Shown here one piece after another: positions 25,072 through 28,696 of a stretch of 28,696 nucleotides of DNA. The DNA comes from Minisyncoccota bacterium (GTDB lineage: Bacteria > Patescibacteriota > Minisyncoccia > Phycocordibacterales > XYD1-FULL-46-19): contig DAOTDH010000001.1 in assembly GCA_035453545.1 (NCBI GenBank), forward strand, positions 1-28,696, given 5' to 3'. Both the position numbers and the translations under genes were made by a program. Positions within the stretch are counted from its first letter, which is position 1. The number at the start of each line of letters is the position of its first letter. The notes under the pieces are model-generated. The model was not told where the DNA came from. It made no database searches and was given only the letters and a program-made list of their open reading frames with translations.

Positions 25072-26817
25072 ATGTCTAAAGTCAAACAAATTTTTAGGGA
25101 ATATTGGTTGGTTATTTTTTTCGCCATTCTTCTTTCTTTTGTTACCGCTTCTCCTCAAATTTATTTTCGTATTGAACATCGTACTGATGGAGTTTATCAG
25201 GGAATAGAACTACTTCCAGACTCACCATGGTCGGCTCGTGTCCGGGAGGTTCAGGACGGTCACCCCAATTTTGGTAGTATCTATTATCACGAGGGCAAGA
25301 ATAACCCTTATCTCTTTCAGCCACTAGGGTCGATGGTTGTTGCTTACCTTGGTAGTCTCTTCAATCTTGACATTAATGATACCCTTTCACTCTCTCGATT
25401 TCTTCTCCCTTTTCTAGCTTTTTTCTTGGTTTATATATTTGTCTTTTTATTATCCAGAGATAAACTTGTATCGCTGTGTTGTAGCTCTTTGCTCTTGTTC
25501 GCTGATTCTATTTTGAATTTTTCTGGCTTATCGCGACTTTTTCACGGATTAAGTCCTGATAATTTTCTACGAATAGCACGGCCGGTTAATCCGGCAATGA
25601 TTTACATACTTCTTTTTGGTTTTCTTATTTCTTTTTGGTTGTTTTGCCAAAAGCGTGACTGGAGATTTGGGGCTTTTAGCTCTGTTCTTCTTGGCTTAAA
25701 TTTTTATAATTATTTTTATTCGTGGACATACCTTTTTGCTTTCGGTGGGTTTTTGGGCTTATTTTTTCTTTTCCAGAGAAGATGGAAAGAGGCTTTAAGA
25801 ATAATGGCCGTCTATATCGGTTCTCTTTTTGTTGCTGTCCCTTATGGTTTAAATTTTTATAGAATAATTAATCACCCTGGCTATTTGGAAACTAGTTTTC
25901 GAAATGGCGTTGTCTTTACTCACATGCCTTTATTTGTTGGTTTTTTTGTTCTTCTTGGCCTTTTTGTCTTTCTTTGGGGTTTCCCCCATGATAATAAGGA
26001 CAAGTATTTTTTGGGTTTATCTTTGTTATTAGCACCGTTTGTGACGATGAATCAGCAAATTTTAACTGGCAAAGTCCTCCAGGCTGCTCATTATCATTGG
26101 TTTTTCCATAAACCAATGGCAATTATTTTTATCTTGATTGTCGTCTTTGGTTTGTTAAGTTCTCGAAATTTGATTTTTTACCGCAAAAGCTTAGCTGTAA
26201 TGATTATCACTCTTAGTATTTTTACCGGAATTTTTGTTCAGGCCAATTCGTATCTATATGATGTCCGGGACGGTGGGGAAATTGCCGTTGAAAGACAAAA
26301 ATATGGTCCGATAATGAAGTGGCTGAATGAAAACGGGGGAAAAGACTCTATCGTTTTATCCAACGATGAAATTTCTCATCTTGTCGTTATTTATACACCC
26401 TTCGATGTTTTTTATCACCGAGCAGCGATGTATTCACTAACAGCAACGAGATCTCGCTTGCTCGATGTTTTGTTTTCTTTTTATCGTTTACGCGGTGTCT
26501 CCTCGATTGATGTCCGAAAAATCTTTTTTGCTGAGAGAGGTTATATTTCATCTAACATTTATGGTATGTATTATCGAGAGTTGTATGGTTCCTATGAAGC
26601 AATCCCCGATGACGAGATCGATGATATCGTTACCCTTTATAAAGAGACTCTCACTATCTCCCGTTTTGTTTGGTTGGAAGAAATCTTAGAAAAATATAAG
26701 GTTGAATATCTAGTTTGGGATAAAAGGGCAGACCCTTCTTGGAATTTAGGGCAGTACCCATTTTTGGAAGAGGCCGCCATTTTTGGCGATGTCGCTATTT
26801 ATCAATTTAGCCAATGA
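25072..26817 (+). CDS. Polytopic GT-C-fold-like membrane protein (lipid-linked sugar transferase candidate)
   Basis: About 11 or more hydrophobic segments, an acidic first external loop (PDSPWSARVREVQDG), and a soluble C-domain with WLNEN...IVLSND and KYKVEYLVWD. No WWDYG motif. Confidence 0.65.
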   Translation: MSKVKQIFREYWLVIFFAILLSFVTASPQIYFRIEHRTDGVYQGIELLPDSPWSARVREVQDGHPNFGSIYYHEGKNNPYLFQPLGSMVVAYLGSLFNLDINDTLSLSRFLLPFLAFFLVYIFVFLLSRDKLVSLCCSSLLLFADSILNFSGLSRLFHGLSPDNFLRIARPVNPAMIYILLFGFLISFWLFCQKRDWRFGAFSSVLLGLNFYNYFYSWTYLFAFGGFLGLFFLFQRRWKEALRIMAVYIGSLFVAVPYGLNFYRIINHPGYLETSFRNGVVFTHMPLFVGFFVLLGLFVFLWGFPHDNKDKYFLGLSLLLAPFVTMNQQILTGKVLQAAHYHWFFHKPMAIIFILIVVFGLLSSRNLIFYRKSLAVMIITLSIFTGIFVQANSYLYDVRDGGEIAVERQKYGPIMKWLNENGGKDSIVLSNDEISHLVVIYTPFDVFYHRAAMYSLTATRSRLLDVLFSFYRLRGVSSIDVRKIFFAERGYISSNIYGMYYRELYGSYEAIPDDEIDDIVTLYKETLTISRFVWLEEILEKYKVEYLVWDKRADPSWNLGQYPFLEEAAIFGDVAIYQFSQ

Positions 26818-28046
26818 AAATTATTTTTCTTTCAGACGACTTTCCGCCTCAAAGTTTTGGCGGAGCAGGGATTTCTACTTACGATTTGGCCATCGGGATG
26901 AAAGAGGCTGGTCATCAGGTTTTTGTTATTACCACTTGTCGCAAAAAGGATGAAGCTGGTGAGTTTAATTTTAATGGCCTGGAGGTTTTTAAAATTGCGA
27001 GTAATTACCCAGGTAAGTGGCGATCATACTTAAGCTTATACAATCCCTTTGTTGTCTGGCGAGTCAAGGAATTATTAAAAAAAATAAAACCAGATGTTGT
27101 TCACGTTAATAATGTTCATTTTTATCTTTCTTATTATTGTTTAAAATTGGCTAAGAAGTATTCTAAAGTTGTTGTTTTTACGGCTCGGGATGTAATGACT
27201 TTTAATTTCGGGAAATTAAATACCCAGCGTTACTTAGAGAACTTTGATGCCCACACAACATGGCTTGACCACCTCAAACAGGCTGGGAAAAGGTGGAATC
27301 CTTTTCGGAATTTCTTTATTAGGAAATATCTTAAATTTGCTGATCAGATTTTTGCTGTCAGCAAAGCTTTAAAAGAGGCGCTTGAACAAAATGGTATTAG
27401 GGACGTTGAAGTAATGCACTCGGGAATAGATATTGATTTGTGGCAGGTCAGTGAAGTTGAAAAAGTTTTTTATCGAAAGAAGTATAATTTAGAAAATAAG
27501 AAGGTTATTCTTTTTGGTGGCCGTTTGAGTGGAGCAAAAGGTGGGGGAAAAACACTCTTAGCTCTGGTGGAGGTGGCCAAGGTTGTTCCTGAAGTAGTGC
27601 TTCTGGTTGTTGCTAGTTTGGATAATTACACTAATCAGTTGAAGAGAGACGCCGAGCGACTGGGGGTCGGAGACAAACTTATTTTTACTGGTTGGGTTGG
27701 ACGAGATGAGATAAAATATATTTATGCCTGTGTTGATCTTGTTTTGGTACCATCGATTTGTTTTGATTCTTTCCCGCGAATTGTCCTTGAAGCGATGGCA
27801 TCTGGTAAACCAGTCATCAGTACCCCCTTCGGGGGGGCTAAGGAGATTATAGGGGATGGGATAACTGGCTATGTTGTTAATCCTCTTGTCGGAAATGGGT
27901 TGGCGGAGAAAGTTATTGATTTGTTAGAAAATTCTGAAAAATCAAAAAGATTCGGTCAGGTGGGCAAGGAGAGAGTTAAAAAATATTTTAATATTTGTGA
28001 TAAAACCATGAGATTAATTGTATTTTATGAAAATTTGATAAAATGA
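26814..28046 (+). CDS. Glycosyltransferase family 4
   Basis: DDFPPQSFGGAG, DVVHVNN, GRLSGAKG, PSICFDSFPRIVLEAMASGKPVI. Confidence 0.92.
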   Translation: MKIIFLSDDFPPQSFGGAGISTYDLAIGMKEAGHQVFVITTCRKKDEAGEFNFNGLEVFKIASNYPGKWRSYLSLYNPFVVWRVKELLKKIKPDVVHVNNVHFYLSYYCLKLAKKYSKVVVFTARDVMTFNFGKLNTQRYLENFDAHTTWLDHLKQAGKRWNPFRNFFIRKYLKFADQIFAVSKALKEALEQNGIRDVEVMHSGIDIDLWQVSEVEKVFYRKKYNLENKKVILFGGRLSGAKGGGKTLLALVEVAKVVPEVVLLVVASLDNYTNQLKRDAERLGVGDKLIFTGWVGRDEIKYIYACVDLVLVPSICFDSFPRIVLEAMASGKPVISTPFGGAKEIIGDGITGYVVNPLVGNGLAEKVIDLLENSEKSKRFGQVGKERVKKYFNICDKTMRLIVFYENLIK

Positions 28047-28696
28047 TAAAAACTTCAAAATTTAGGGGCGCGGTGCTTGTTGTTTTTGATAAAGATTTTA
28101 ATCCGAGTCATCTATTGCGTGGGGAATTTGGTACAATTGTAGCAGACAAAATATTTAAAAAACACATTGAGGATTTAGGTTGTGAGTTTGTTGAACTTGA
28201 GGCTCTTGTTGGAACAGGGAGTGTTTATGAAGCAGAAAATTTGTTGGAGGAATTTCCAAATCTTCTCTTTGATGATGGTTCTCGTGTGTCTAAGTCTGTC
28301 AATTATCGGGGTTATGAATTGTGGTGGGTACATTATAATAGTTTTTTTCAATATTTTTGCATTCCTTATGTCAAATATGTAAATCTTTTGGAGTTTCTCA
28401 GAAGTTTTAGTGTTATTTATTTATATCGCGTTCCCTATAAAAGTCTTTTTTATTGTTATTTGAAAGCTTACGAGAAAAAGGTCCAGTTGTTTGATGGGGC
28501 TAGATCTAAGCCACTACCTTTTGGGGTTTTTTTGCAGATTTTTCTAACGTTTATTTGTCTTCCAGTTCTCGTGGTTCGTAGGTGCCGACTCCTTTTGTTT
28601 ACCAGCGATAAGTTTAATGGCTCTCGAAATGAGGATTTTAGAATGGGATTTATTTATGATGAACTGAGAAATAGGAATATTCCTTTTGTTGAATTT
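28043..28696 (+). CDS. Hypothetical protein, 3'-partial, absent from the ORF track
   Basis: ATGA overlap with the preceding GT4. I read 218 codons without a stop to the window end (MIKTSKFRGAVLVVFDKDF...YRGYELWWVHY...NRNIPFVEF). Confidence 0.8.
   Translation, partial: MIKTSKFRGAVLVVFDKDFNPSHLLRGEFGTIVADKIFKKHIEDLGCEFVELEALVGTGSVYEAENLLEEFPNLLFDDGSRVSKSVNYRGYELWWVHYNSFFQYFCIPYVKYVNLLEFLRSFSVIYLYRVPYKSLFYCYLKAYEKKVQLFDGARSKPLPFGVFLQIFLTFICLPVLVVRRCRLLLFTSDKFNGSRNEDFRMGFIYDELRNRNIPFVEF

Noticed and set aside
1650-26122. Short minus-strand ORFs in the track other than 13475..14773
   Set aside because: They are antisense to well-supported genes, short, and have no family motifs.
25072-26817. Calling the membrane protein an AglB/PglB oligosaccharyltransferase
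   Set aside because: The WWDYG motif is absent, so only a general GT-C-like call is supported.
1-28696. TGA recoding (genetic code 25 or 4)
   Set aside because: TGA ends many genes exactly at ATGA overlaps with the next start, and no gene appears broken at an internal TGA.

Overview
Almost entirely + strand, AT-rich bacterial DNA, genetic code 11, with tightly coupled genes (many ATGA/TAATG overlaps) and few Shine-Dalgarno sites. It looks Patescibacteria/Parcubacteria-like, which is an inference from gene content and style. Bases 1-5778 are core-like: 5'-partial murD, murC, a small membrane protein, a DUF4015-type putative glycoside hydrolase and a soluble TraD/VirD4-like ATPase. Bases 5784-28696 are a large surface-glycan locus that runs off the window. 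It holds six GT4, two GT9, one GT2 and one GT-C-like membrane protein, a half-size GtrA, HldD, a GMD-like SDR, DUF6165, four stand-alone SAM methyltransferases, an APH-family kinase, a nitroreductase fused to a methyltransferase-like domain, and an unknown alpha/alpha-toroid protein. The top observation is a 44-46 bp nested palindrome (REPIN-like) inserted in frame three times into murD and murC, in both orientations and with compensatory base changes. Other notable points: the GMD homolog has lost its dehydration Glu and sits near a C-methyltransferase lacking its zinc ligands; both GT9s carry His-to-Tyr in the donor-binding motif; a methyltransferase-kinase pair resembles split WbdD; and a 12 bp palindrome appears to supply both -35 boxes of a divergent, probably leaderless promoter. 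All family assignments come from reading motifs by eye. No database searches were run.
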